32,000 nt of DNA from Ferroglobus placidus DSM 10642. GTDB taxonomy: Archaea > Halobacteriota > Archaeoglobi > Archaeoglobales > Archaeoglobaceae. Position 1 is the first letter of the stretch; the number at the start of each line of letters is the position of its first letter. Location of the stretch: NCBI RefSeq assembly GCF_000025505.1, contig NC_013849.1:1140001-1172000 (forward strand), read 5' to 3'. The notes below the pieces were generated by a model. That model was not told the DNA's origin and did no database searches. It saw only the letters and a list, made by a program, of their open reading frames with translations. The position numbers and the translations under genes were made by a program. Shown here piece after piece: positions 16,032 to 24,658 of this stretch.

Positions 16032-16288
16032 GGTTTTTCTTGCTTTTAACAATTCTTTTACTGCTTTTGGCTAAGGTGACTGCTGAAGAGTGGGCTGGCG
16101 CTGATGAGCAGGCTGAAGAGTTGATTAAAGAAATTCACCCAAATTACGAACCTTGGTTTTCTCCGATCTGGGAGCCACCGAGCGGAGAAATCGAGTCTTT
16201 CCTTTTTAGTCTTCAGGCAGCGATAGGAGCTTCCATAATCGGATACATACTCGGTTACTACAGGGGTAAAAATGCACAGAACACTTGA
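16028..16288 (+). CDS. cbiN: Cobalt ECF transporter small subunit CbiN
   Basis: 86 aa with N- and C-terminal TM helices around 'WAGADEQAEELIKEI.PNYEPWF.PIWEPPSGEIES'. ATGA overlap with cbiM. Confidence 0.8.
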   Translation: MRFFLLLTILLLLLAKVTAEEWAGADEQAEELIKEIHPNYEPWFSPIWEPPSGEIESFLFSLQAAIGASIIGYILGYYRGKNAQNT

Positions 16289-16997
16289 AGAAATTCAGAT
16301 GAATTCAAAAAAGATTTTTAAAGGCGATTTGAAAGTTTACTTCCCCCTCTTCACACTTTTGCTCGTCTTATTTCTAAACGATAGGTTGGTTTACGTAACA
16401 GCCTTCGCAATATTTTCTGCTTTAAGCATTTACTCGGCTGGAAAAGAATACCTCAGACTTTTGAGAATCCCCCTTTACTTTGTAATTCCGAGCGCTCTCA
16501 TAATTGCTTTCTTCATTCCGGGGAAAAGTGTTGGTTTCCCTTTGCCGGTGAATCCGAGTGAAGAGGGTTTGAAGCTGGCATCGGAAGTTCTCGTTAGATC
16601 TTTCTCGGCAATTTCCATCTTCTTCTTTCTTATTTTAACAACTATGATCACCGAGATTTTTTCAGCTTTTAAAAAGCTCAAGCTTCCAGACTTCGTCGTC
16701 GAAATTTCCCTGCTTATTTACAGGAACGTTCAGGTGCTTTACGACGAGCTTGAAAGGCTTGAGAGAGCAGCGAATTCGAGACTCGGTTTTAACGGCTTCA
16801 AAAATTTCGTCAGGACCTCTTCACTCCTCGCATACTCTCTTTTTATCAAATCCCTTGAGAGAGCTGAGAAAGTCGAGATGGCGATGGAATCGAGATGCTA
16901 CTCCGGAAAAATGCCGACCTACAGCGAGAATAGCTCCGGTTTTCTCTTAGCTTTTTTGATCACGGCATCTCTGCTTCTAATCCACTTAACGGGGTGA
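16272..16997 (+). CDS. cbiQ: ECF transporter transmembrane (T) component CbiQ
   Basis: Multi-TM protein whose C-terminal 'ERLERAANSRLGF' resembles the A-R-G coupling-helix motifs of EcfT/CbiQ. Its position between cbiN and cbiO fits. An alternative start is ATG 16299. Confidence 0.8.
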   Translation: MHRTLEEIQMNSKKIFKGDLKVYFPLFTLLLVLFLNDRLVYVTAFAIFSALSIYSAGKEYLRLLRIPLYFVIPSALIIAFFIPGKSVGFPLPVNPSEEGLKLASEVLVRSFSAISIFFFLILTTMITEIFSAFKKLKLPDFVVEISLLIYRNVQVLYDELERLERAANSRLGFNGFKNFVRTSSLLAYSLFIKSLERAEKVEMAMESRCYSGKMPTYSENSSGFLLAFLITASLLLIHLTG

Positions 16998-18022
16998 AAA
17001 AGGTGATTGAAGCTTTAGATTTGTGGTTCTCCTACGGAGATAGAGACGTCTTAAAGGGGGTAAACTTCAGAGCTAAGAAGGGAGAAGTGACGGTTTTAAT
17101 GGGTAGAAACGGGGCTGGGAAAACAACGCTCCTCCTTCATTTGAACGGACTATTAAAGCCCAAGAAAGGGAAGTTGATAGTCGAAGGGAAAAAAATTCGA
17201 TACACGAAATCCGACTTGAAGTGGCTTAGAAGAAAAGTAGCTTTCGTTTTCCAGAATCCAGACGATCAGATCATAGCTCCGGGCGTTTATCAAGAGGTAG
17301 CTTTTGGTCCGGTAAATCTTAGAATGGGGAACGTTGAGGAGATCGTGAAGAATTCGCTGAAGGCAGTTGGTTTGGAAGGTTACGAGAACAGACTTTGCAG
17401 CACTTTGAGCGGAGGAGAAAAGAAAAGACTTGCGATAGCATCGGCTTTAGCGATGAATCCTGACTACATAGTTATGGACGAGCCAACAGCCGGAGTTGAC
17501 GCTGAAGGTTTCAATTCAACCGTGGAGATCGTCGAAAAGCTTAAAGAGGAAAAGGGGGTTATCGTTTCAACTCACGACCTCGACTTTGCGAGAGCCGTCG
17601 GAGACAAGTTCGTTTTCATGGACGGAGGAAAGATCGTTTACGAGGGAGACAGCATAGACTACGAATTGGCGAGAAAATGCGGAATAAGGACGTTCTTTTC
17701 TGGAGAACTCGTCGTAGTTTCCCACGACGGCACAATTCCCGACGGGGATTTCGATTTTATCGCTGCGATGGGCGTTAAGGCAAAAAAGAGGGTTGAAAAG
17801 GAGGGAATTAATTTGGACATAGCTTCGGCAACCCTCGAAAGGTCGATACTCAGAGCTCTGGAAGGGCACAGCGTTCTTCTCGTATGCTCTGCTGAGATGC
17901 TGCATGTCGTTAAGAGGGAGGTTTCGAAGTTTCCCGTGAACGTGAAATTTTTAGCGTCACTCGAATCTTATGAAGAAAAAGCAATCGAAGTCAAGGACGG
18001 CTCTAAGAACTCTCTCCTCTAA
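16994..18022 (+). CDS. cbiO: ECF transporter ATPase CbiO with a non-canonical C-terminal extension of about 100 aa
   Basis: Walker A 'GRNGAGKTT', Q-loop 'VFQNPDDQ', signature 'LSGGEKKRLAIA', Walker B 'IVMDEPTAGVD', H-loop 'VSTHD'. At 342 aa it is longer than I recall for CbiO proteins (about 270-290 aa). Confidence 0.85.
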   Translation: MKKVIEALDLWFSYGDRDVLKGVNFRAKKGEVTVLMGRNGAGKTTLLLHLNGLLKPKKGKLIVEGKKIRYTKSDLKWLRRKVAFVFQNPDDQIIAPGVYQEVAFGPVNLRMGNVEEIVKNSLKAVGLEGYENRLCSTLSGGEKKRLAIASALAMNPDYIVMDEPTAGVDAEGFNSTVEIVEKLKEEKGVIVSTHDLDFARAVGDKFVFMDGGKIVYEGDSIDYELARKCGIRTFFSGELVVVSHDGTIPDGDFDFIAAMGVKAKKRVEKEGINLDIASATLERSILRALEGHSVLLVCSAEMLHVVKREVSKFPVNVKFLASLESYEEKAIEVKDGSKNSLL

Positions 18023-18181
18023 TTTCTCGTCGTAGTAAACCGTGAACTCTTCAACTTTCAAACTTTTTCCTTCTCTTTCCCCTACTTCGATCTCGTATCC
18101 GTCTTCTTTTTCCACTATTGCAAACTCTCTAACGCCGAAACTCAGTAGTTTTCTTTTCGCCCTGTCCGTGATTTTCATCAC
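17957..18181 (-). CDS. Possible small acidic protein (74 aa), faint HesB/IscA-fold-like termini
   Basis: 'MMKITDRAKRKL...' at the N-terminus and '...VLDFD..F.I' at the C-terminus. Charged, non-shadow-like composition. Its 3' end overlaps the cbiO 3' end by 66 nt, so one of the two 3' ends may be mis-assigned. Confidence 0.4.
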   Translation of the reverse strand: MMKITDRAKRKLLSFGVREFAIVEKEDGYEIEVGEREGKSLKVEEFTVYYDEKLEERVLRAVLDFDCFFFIRFE

Positions 18182-18250
18182 AGTAATTTTCCTCCAAGCT
18201 TTAAAAACTTCTGCACAAAATTTAACTATACTTCAGCTAAATCCTTAGCG

Positions 18251-19216
18251 ATGGAGACCGAAATCTGGGTGGAGAAATATCGTCCGAAAACGCTGGATGA
18301 AGTTGTCGGGCAAGATGAGATAATTCAGAGGCTCAAAAGCTACGTAAAGCAGAAGAATATTCCTCATTTACTCTTCGCCGGTCCTCCCGGAACTGGAAAG
18401 ACTGCCACCGCTATAGCTTTAGCGAGGGATTTGTTCGGCGAGGTTTGGAGAGAGAACTTCATCGAGATGAACGCAAGCGACGAGAGAGGAATTGACGTCG
18501 TCAGGCATAAAATAAAGGAGTTCGCAAGAACAGCTCCCATAGGTGGTGCTCCTTTCAAAATAATCTTCCTCGACGAGGCTGACGCTTTAACAGCTGACGC
18601 TCAAGCAGCTTTGAGAAGGACGATGGAGATGTACTCGAAAGTCTGCCGATTCATACTCAGCTGCAACTACGTTTCGAGGATAATAGAGCCGATTCAGAGC
18701 AGATGTGCGGTTTTCAAATTCAAGCCAGTGCCGAAAGAGGCGATGAAAAAGAGGCTGAAGGAGATTGCCGAGAACGAGGGGTTGGAAATAGACGACGAGG
18801 CTCTTGAAGTTTTAATCTACATCTCCGGTGGCGATTTCAGAAAGGCTATAAACGCTTTGCAGGGAGCTGCTGCATTAGATAAGAGGATAACTCCGGAAAT
18901 TTTGTATCAGATAACAGCCACGGCACGTCCAGAAGAGCTCAGAAAGATTATAGACACCGCACTAAAGGGAAATTACCTGCAAGCAAAGGACATGCTCGAA
19001 AACCTCATGGCAGAGTACGGAATGAGCGGAGAAGATGTTGTTTCGCAGCTGTTTAGGGAGATTATGTACTCCAATTTAGACGAAAAGTTAAAAGTCGTGC
19101 TCATAGACAAGCTCGGAGAGATAGACTTCAGACTCACCGAGGGAGCAAGCGAATTAATACAGCTCAACGCCTATCTCGCTTTCCTGTCGACTATACAAAA
19201 GAGGAGAGGAGAATAA
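18251..19216 (+). CDS. rfcS: Replication factor C small subunit (clamp loader), intein-free
   Basis: 'WVEKYRPKTLDEVVGQ' RFC box II, Walker A 'GPPGTGKT', 'FLDEADALT' (DEAD), 'SRC' motif in 'QSRCAVFKF', and 'GGDFRKAIN'. Confidence 0.95.
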   Translation: METEIWVEKYRPKTLDEVVGQDEIIQRLKSYVKQKNIPHLLFAGPPGTGKTATAIALARDLFGEVWRENFIEMNASDERGIDVVRHKIKEFARTAPIGGAPFKIIFLDEADALTADAQAALRRTMEMYSKVCRFILSCNYVSRIIEPIQSRCAVFKFKPVPKEAMKKRLKEIAENEGLEIDDEALEVLIYISGGDFRKAINALQGAAALDKRITPEILYQITATARPEELRKIIDTALKGNYLQAKDMLENLMAEYGMSGEDVVSQLFREIMYSNLDEKLKVVLIDKLGEIDFRLTEGASELIQLNAYLAFLSTIQKRRGE

Positions 19217-19696
19217 TCACTCCTCTTCGGGGATTTCAATTTCCCCGCTATCGATCATTTTTTGAACTTCCTTCGGATGCTTTCCTTCAACCGTCACTCC
19301 CATGGAAACTGCCGTGCCGAGAACTTCTTTAACAGCAGCTTTGAGCGAGTAGGCAAGCATTTGCTTCTTCTTTATCTTCGCTATCTTTATCACTTGATCG
19401 AGCTTTAAGTCTCCGACGAACTCTTTGTTTGTTGCCGAAGAACCCTTCTCTATGCCAAGCTCTTTCTTTATCAGGGCGCTTACCGGTGGAACGCCTACTT
19501 CTATCTCGAAGCTTCTGTCCTCGTGAACTATTATCTTTACCGGCACTGGCAAACCGTCGAATTCCTTCGTTGCTTCGTTTATCTTGTCCACCACTTGCTT
19601 CACGTTAAGTCCGAGGGGACCGATTGCCGGACCTAAAGGCGGACCTGGAGTGGCTTTTCCACCCGGAACCAAAACTTCGACAGTCTGAACAGCCAT
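19217..19696 (-). CDS. rpl11: Large-subunit ribosomal protein uL11
   Basis: '[21 protein letters not shown]' signature. ATG 19696 is preceded by GGAGGTGGAG and lies 1 nt after the spt5 stop, so it is preferred over the track's upstream extension to 19726. Confidence 0.95.
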   Translation of the reverse strand: MAVQTVEVLVPGGKATPGPPLGPAIGPLGLNVKQVVDKINEATKEFDGLPVPVKIIVHEDRSFEIEVGVPPVSALIKKELGIEKGSSATNKEFVGDLKLDQVIKIAKIKKKQMLAYSLKAAVKEVLGTAVSMGVTVEGKHPKEVQKMIDSGEIEIPEEE

Positions 19697-19697
19697 A

Positions 19698-20153
19698 TCA
19701 CTCCACCTCCTCTTTCTTGTCCACAACTCTTACGTGATCAGCCTTAACTGTTATCGGAATTGAAACGACGGCTTCGATAAGTTCTACCGTTATTTCATTC
19801 CTCGCCTCATCGACTCGCTTAACAACAGCCAGCTCTCCTTTGAAAGGACCGGAAATAATCTCGACCGTGTAACCCTCTTTTATCTGCTCCGCAGCCTTTC
19901 TCGGAGTTAGGAAATGCTCGATCTCGTTGAAAGAAACCTCTCCTCTCACAAGCCCCTTCACGTGGGGAACTCCTCTAATCGACTTTACGAGATCTTCCGT
20001 GCTTTCCGCTTCGACGATAACGTAGCCTTTAAGCTCTTTTGGAGCGAGAATGGAGTAAACGTTGGCTTTGTTCTTCTTGGCTACCATCGACATCATGTTA
20101 GCCACGAGCCTCTCCTGATTTGCCGTGGTTTTCACAACAAAAAATCTGCTCAT
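19698..20153 (-). CDS. spt5: Transcription elongation factor Spt5 (archaeal NusG)
   Basis: NGN domain '[10 protein letters not shown]...', KOW motif '[14 protein letters not shown]', and conserved position between secE and rpl11. Confidence 0.9.
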   Translation of the reverse strand: MSRFFVVKTTANQERLVANMMSMVAKKNKANVYSILAPKELKGYVIVEAESTEDLVKSIRGVPHVKGLVRGEVSFNEIEHFLTPRKAAEQIKEGYTVEIISGPFKGELAVVKRVDEARNEITVELIEAVVSIPITVKADHVRVVDKKEEVE

Positions 20154-20323
20154 TTCAACGCCCCCGGAAGGACATCCATTAGAAGGTAGATCACGAAACC
20201 TATGAAGCCTACGATGAACATTACAGCTACAGCTACCTTCGTTGTCGTCCAGAACTCCTCCTTATCCGGCTTCCTCGTCATCTTGAGGATGTTTACGTAC
20301 TCTTTGATTGTGTTGCTCAGCAT
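20150..20323 (-). CDS. secE: Protein translocase subunit SecE (Sec61 gamma)
   Basis: Hand-translated 57-aa ORF, absent from the track because it is under 60 aa: [57 protein letters not shown]. It has a single C-terminal TM and a 'KPxxxEF' motif. Its TGA overlaps the spt5 ATG (ATGA). It fills the conserved ftsZ-secE-nusG-rpl11 slot. Confidence 0.8.
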   Translation of the reverse strand: MLSNTIKEYVNILKMTRKPDKEEFWTTTKVAVAVMFIVGFIGFVIYLLMDVLPGALK

Positions 20324-20356
20324 AGAAAGCTGAAAAGGTTAAATTGTTTTTAAGCT

Positions 20357-21439
20357 TTACTTCACGAAATCGATTCCAAACCTCTTTACTGGCGGAGCAC
20401 CCTTTCTTCCGAGAATCTGAGGTGATTTAACTCCGGTTACTATTATCAGAGTCCTTATCGTTCCTTCGAGCTCCGGATCTACCATGGCACCCCAGATAAT
20501 CCTTGCGTCGGGGTCGACTTTGGTATAGATCTCCTCAACTATTTTCTCCGCCTCCTCTATAGTCATATCTGGTCCTCCGGTGACGTTAACCAGAGCAGCC
20601 TTCGCTCCAGTTATGTCCACGTCGAGAAGCGGGCTCTTCAACGCCTTTCTAACGCTCTCCAAAGCCTTGTCCTCTCCGCTCGCCTCTCCGAGTCCGATCA
20701 TCGCCACTCCGCCCTTCTCCATTACCGTTCTAACATCGGCGAAGTCCAAATTGACGAGAGCAGGCTTCGTAATCAGCTCGGTTATTCCCTTCACAGCCCT
20801 CATCAAAATTTCGTCGGCAACTTTGAAAGCCAAATTTATTGGATAATTGGGAACAACATCAAGCAATCTATCGTTCGGGATAACAATTACTGTGTCGCTG
20901 TGCTCTCTCAGCCTCTCTAACCCCGCCTCAGCGTTAGACATCCTCACGGCTCCTTCTGCTGTGAAGGGCAGAGTAACGACGGATATTGTTAAAGCTCCCG
21001 CCTCTTGAGCTGCTTCAGCAACAACCGGAGCGGCACCAGTTCCAGTCCCTCCGCCAAGCCCGCAGGTGATGAAAACCATGTCAGCCCCTTCTACTATCTT
21101 CCTTATTTCCTCCTCGTTCTCTCTCGCTGCCTCTTCTCCTATTTGAGGCAAGCTTCCGGCTCCGAGTCCGCGAGTCTTCTTTTTACCTATTAACAACCTC
21201 CTGTGAGCTTTCGTGTAATACAGATGCTGAACATCGGTGTTTATTGCTATCAGCTCAGCCCCGTCAATTCCCTCTTCGTAGAGTCTCGTTATCGTGTTGC
21301 AACCGCTTCCACCAACGCCGATAACCTTTATTACTGTCTTTAATTCGTGCAGTAGCTGAACGATTTCCTCTTCGACGTTTTCCGCAACCTCTTTTTCTCT
21401 TGCAGACCTTTCGAGAGCGCTCTTAATAATTGATTCCAT
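20357..21439 (-). CDS. ftsZ: Cell division GTPase FtsZ
   Basis: Tubulin signature '[15 protein letters not shown]', plus 'IGVGGSGCN', 'NTDVQHL' and 'NLDFADV'. GGAGGT lies 5-10 nt upstream of the ATG. Confidence 0.95.
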   Translation of the reverse strand: MESIIKSALERSAREKEVAENVEEEIVQLLHELKTVIKVIGVGGSGCNTITRLYEEGIDGAELIAINTDVQHLYYTKAHRRLLIGKKKTRGLGAGSLPQIGEEAARENEEEIRKIVEGADMVFITCGLGGGTGTGAAPVVAEAAQEAGALTISVVTLPFTAEGAVRMSNAEAGLERLREHSDTVIVIPNDRLLDVVPNYPINLAFKVADEILMRAVKGITELITKPALVNLDFADVRTVMEKGGVAMIGLGEASGEDKALESVRKALKSPLLDVDITGAKAALVNVTGGPDMTIEEAEKIVEEIYTKVDPDARIIWGAMVDPELEGTIRTLIIVTGVKSPQILGRKGAPPVKRFGIDFVK

Positions 21440-21483
21440 ATTTAACCTCCTCTCAGGTTTTTACTTAGTCTTTCCCAAAACAC

Positions 21484-21491
21484 TATTTAAA
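21484..21491. promoter_or_regulatory. Near-palindromic TATA-like box 'TATTTAAA' in the ftsZ/pyrC divergent intergenic region
   Basis: It is centred about 26 nt upstream of pyrC ATG 21514 (a leaderless arrangement). It lies about 49 nt upstream of ftsZ ATG 21439, which carries a GGAGGT SD in the intervening leader. Confidence 0.35.
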
Positions 21492-21513
21492 CTTTTGTTT
21501 GAGATTAAACTTA

Positions 21514-22719
21514 ATGATCATCGAGGGGAAAATTTTGCTTTCGAACAGAATCGTTGAGGCTGGAATTTTAATTGAAAACGGGATTATAAAAGAAATAAAA
21601 AAGAGTCTTTCGGGGAAGAAGCTTAAAGGTTTAATCATGCCTGCCGGAATAGATGCTCACGTTCACCTGCGAGATTTTGAAGAGAGCCACAAGGAGAGCA
21701 TAGATACCGGAACTCTCGCAGCGTTAAACGGAGGAATTTGCTTAGTGGTCGATCAGCCGAACACGAAACCTCCGGTAGAGAGCTACGAGATTTACCTGAA
21801 AAGAGTTAGAGAGGCTGAGAAAAAGTGCTGGGTAGATTATTCGCTAAATCTCGCCCTAACGAGGAAAAACGCTGAGAAAGTAGAAGAAATTTTTGAGAGG
21901 GTAAAAAAAGAAGGTTACAATCCGAGGATCGGCGAGGTCTTCCTCCAGCACGAAAGCTTAGAAGTTGGCTACGAAGAGATAGCGAAGGTTAAAAATTTGC
22001 CTCTGAACATCCATGCGGAAGATCCGGAGTTCGTTCTCGGAAACGAAATTCCAAATTTTCTTTACAGAAAAAGAAAAGCTGAAATCGTGGCTGTTGAGAA
22101 ATGCTTGAAAATCGGAAAATTCTACTTCTGCCACATCTCAACGAAAGAAGCTTTTGAAATGATAAAGGAGAGAGGGGGTGTTGCAGAAGTAACTCCCCAT
22201 CACTTGCTTTTCAGCGAAAAAGATTACGAAAAGCTCGGAAATTTCGTGAACGTAAACCCTCCTTTGAGGGGTGAAGAGGACAGAAAATTCCTCCTCGAAA
22301 ATTTCAGCAAAATAGACGTTCTCGCTTCTGATCACGCTCCGCATTTAACTGAGGAGAAGGAGGAAGGAGCAAGCGGTTATCCGGGAGTTGAGACGATGTA
22401 TCCGGTAATGATGGGGTTGGTTTTTAAAGGGGTGATAAACGCGTTCGACCTTGCAGAAAAAATTGCAAAAAATCCGGCAAAGACATACGGATTCGAAAGG
22501 TACGGAGAAATAAAAGAAGGTCACTACGCAAATCTCGCAGCTTTCGACATTTCGGAGCTTCAGAAAGTGAAATTGAAGAACCTTCACAGCAAATGCGGTT
22601 GGACTCCTTACGAGAACTTTCCGGCGATATTTCCCCACTCAGTTATTGTGAGGGGAGAATTCGTCAAGCATAGGGGAGAGATTCTGGACGAAAGAGTTGG
22701 AAGAGTCTACAGAATATGA
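21514..22719 (+). CDS. pyrC: Dihydroorotase (amidohydrolase superfamily)
   Basis: 'GIDAHVHLRDF', 'DTGTLAALNGGICLVVDQPNTKPP' and 'LASDHAPH'. ATG 21514 sits about 26 nt after a TATA-like box (leaderless) and is preferred over the track's TTG 21499. Confidence 0.8.
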   Translation: MIIEGKILLSNRIVEAGILIENGIIKEIKKSLSGKKLKGLIMPAGIDAHVHLRDFEESHKESIDTGTLAALNGGICLVVDQPNTKPPVESYEIYLKRVREAEKKCWVDYSLNLALTRKNAEKVEEIFERVKKEGYNPRIGEVFLQHESLEVGYEEIAKVKNLPLNIHAEDPEFVLGNEIPNFLYRKRKAEIVAVEKCLKIGKFYFCHISTKEAFEMIKERGGVAEVTPHHLLFSEKDYEKLGNFVNVNPPLRGEEDRKFLLENFSKIDVLASDHAPHLTEEKEEGASGYPGVETMYPVMMGLVFKGVINAFDLAEKIAKNPAKTYGFERYGEIKEGHYANLAAFDISELQKVKLKNLHSKCGWTPYENFPAIFPHSVIVRGEFVKHRGEILDERVGRVYRI

Positions 22720-23552
22720 TCGAGCTTCTCTTAGCCCTAATTTTCGAGGCTATTAAATCCGAACCTCCGGAAAAAGTTCATCCGAGCGTTGCCTTCGGAA
22801 AGCTGATGGGGAAGCTTTATTCAAATTTTCCGAAAACGAAGTTTTTCGGCTTCGTTTCTTTGACGATCGTCGTCGCTTTCGCCCTCTTTCTCTCCACACT
22901 TCCGGGTTATTTCCCCCCTCCGATAAAAGAGCTCCTCGCTGCGTATCTCCTTTATTCTTCCATTTCCATCAGAAGCATGGTAGAGCATGCAAGAAACTGC
23001 TTGCAGAACGGAAGGATCGTTAGAGAGGAAGTTGCGAAGATCGTTAGCAGAAATGTCTCAAATCTCGACGATTCCAAGCTTTCTTCGGCGGTAATAGAAA
23101 GCGTGGCTGAAAACTTTGTCGATGGAGTTTTAGCTCCTCTCATTTATTACGCTCTATTCGGAACTTCTGGAGCCTTGGTTTACAGAGCCGTTAACGTCTG
23201 CGATGCCATGGTTGGCTACAAAGATGAGAAGTTCAGAGATTTCGGCTATTTTTCAGCTAAACTCGATGACCTCCTGAATTTCGTTCCCTCGAGAATTTCT
23301 CCTCTACTCTACTCACCAAAAGTTGTAGGCTGCGCTTTTAAGAAAAATCCCAAGCTCAACGGTCACTCAATAGCTGCCATGGCTTGCTATTTAAAGCTTA
23401 AGCTCACTAAGGTTGGAAGCTACGTCGTAAACGCTGGAAGAGAGCCGAATGCGAAAGACGTGGAAAAAAGCCTGAAAGTCTTCATAAGATTGTCAGCAGA
23501 GGCAGTACTGCTGTCAGCAGCGCTGCGATTAGCAAGTATTTATACGTTTTGA
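22716..23552 (+). CDS. cbiB: Adenosylcobinamide-phosphate synthase CbiB/CobD family membrane protein
   Basis: N-terminal 'EPPEKVHPSVAFGKLMG', plus 'ENFVDGVLAPLIYYALFG' and 'DAMVGYKDEKF..FG..SAKLDDLLNFVPSR', typical of CbiB. ATGA overlap with the pyrC stop. Confidence 0.8.
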   Translation: MIELLLALIFEAIKSEPPEKVHPSVAFGKLMGKLYSNFPKTKFFGFVSLTIVVAFALFLSTLPGYFPPPIKELLAAYLLYSSISIRSMVEHARNCLQNGRIVREEVAKIVSRNVSNLDDSKLSSAVIESVAENFVDGVLAPLIYYALFGTSGALVYRAVNVCDAMVGYKDEKFRDFGYFSAKLDDLLNFVPSRISPLLYSPKVVGCAFKKNPKLNGHSIAAMACYLKLKLTKVGSYVVNAGREPNAKDVEKSLKVFIRLSAEAVLLSAALRLASIYTF

Positions 23553-24627
23553 AGACTGAGCTTTTGAAGTAATCAGCAGTTAAAACGAAGCAGAGGTGGA
23601 GAGGAGAGAGCATAACTCCGAGGAAACCGTAGAGGAACGTGACGAGGACTCTGTCGTAATAGATGCTGCCAACTCCGGTGAACGGAGTAAGGAGGGGTAG
23701 AGCTATGGAAGAGTAGCTCATCTCTATTCCCGTGGAGAAAGCTACGAGAAAGGAAAGTAAAGCAGCCGCAACGTACGGATTTACGTAAGTCTCTATTTCA
23801 GCCAAAAAGCTTTCGGCAATTCCGTAAGTTTCGAGAATTCTCTTGTAAAGCATGACCGAAAAAACGAGTAAGAGGATTTTCCAGTCGATAGTTTCCCTCA
23901 ATATCCCCGGAACTCTATCGAACTTTCTCGCATGAATGACAAGGATGAAGTTGACGATTAGGGGGGAAATTAAGAGGTCGAGCTTTAAAATTAAAGTTAA
24001 GAAGGCAAGTAAGACGATCGGGTAGAGATAAAATAAGTTCGAGCTGTCAGTCTTTTTTCTTTCGAACTTCCCCCTTCCGAGGAGGAGAAAGCCCGAGAGT
24101 ATTGAAAATACGAAAATTGGATAAGTGGATTTGGCGAGTTCAACGTAATCAACTTCGAGAATGCCGAGTCCAATTATGACGTTCGGATAAAGGGGCCATA
24201 TCGTAACCCAGACGTGTCTGAACCAGTAATTAACGAACGTGGCTTTTTCTCCGGATATTTCAAACTTCTTCACGATGTCTCCGAGCATTATCGCCGAAAT
24301 CAAAGCCCCTCCGGGCATTGGAAGCAAGCCTATGAGCATTGGAATTACGGCTAAGCTGTAGTAGCCGAAGTTCGAAAGCATGAATTCAGTAATTTTTTCG
24401 AGAAAACCGTAGGTTTTCATGCTGTAGCCGAGGGTGAAGGCTAAAACAACCGTTGCGATTAACTTCCACACGCTCCAGTCGAGTACGTTGGCTGTTAAAT
24501 CTGTAAAAGGATTTCCGCCGTTCAACGTCGAGAGGGTCAAAGCTCCGGCTAATACCGCTACGCTTATGTTGTACTTTATCAGAGCGAACGTTACGATCAA
24601 AGAGACTGCGAGCGTTTCCAGAGTCAC
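23482..24627 (-). CDS. Polytopic membrane protein, permease-like (DUF401-like by recollection), function unknown
   Basis: 381 aa and about 10-12 hydrophobic helices with no soluble domain. The 3' end overlaps the cbiB 3' end by 71 nt. Confidence 0.6.
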   Translation of the reverse strand: MTLETLAVSLIVTFALIKYNISVAVLAGALTLSTLNGGNPFTDLTANVLDWSVWKLIATVVLAFTLGYSMKTYGFLEKITEFMLSNFGYYSLAVIPMLIGLLPMPGGALISAIMLGDIVKKFEISGEKATFVNYWFRHVWVTIWPLYPNVIIGLGILEVDYVELAKSTYPIFVFSILSGFLLLGRGKFERKKTDSSNLFYLYPIVLLAFLTLILKLDLLISPLIVNFILVIHARKFDRVPGILRETIDWKILLLVFSVMLYKRILETYGIAESFLAEIETYVNPYVAAALLSFLVAFSTGIEMSYSSIALPLLTPFTGVGSIYYDRVLVTFLYGFLGVMLSPLHLCFVLTADYFKSSVFKTYKYLLIAALLTAVLPLLTIL

Positions 24628-24658
24628 TTTTAAGCGAGAAGCTTTGCTGAATATAAAC

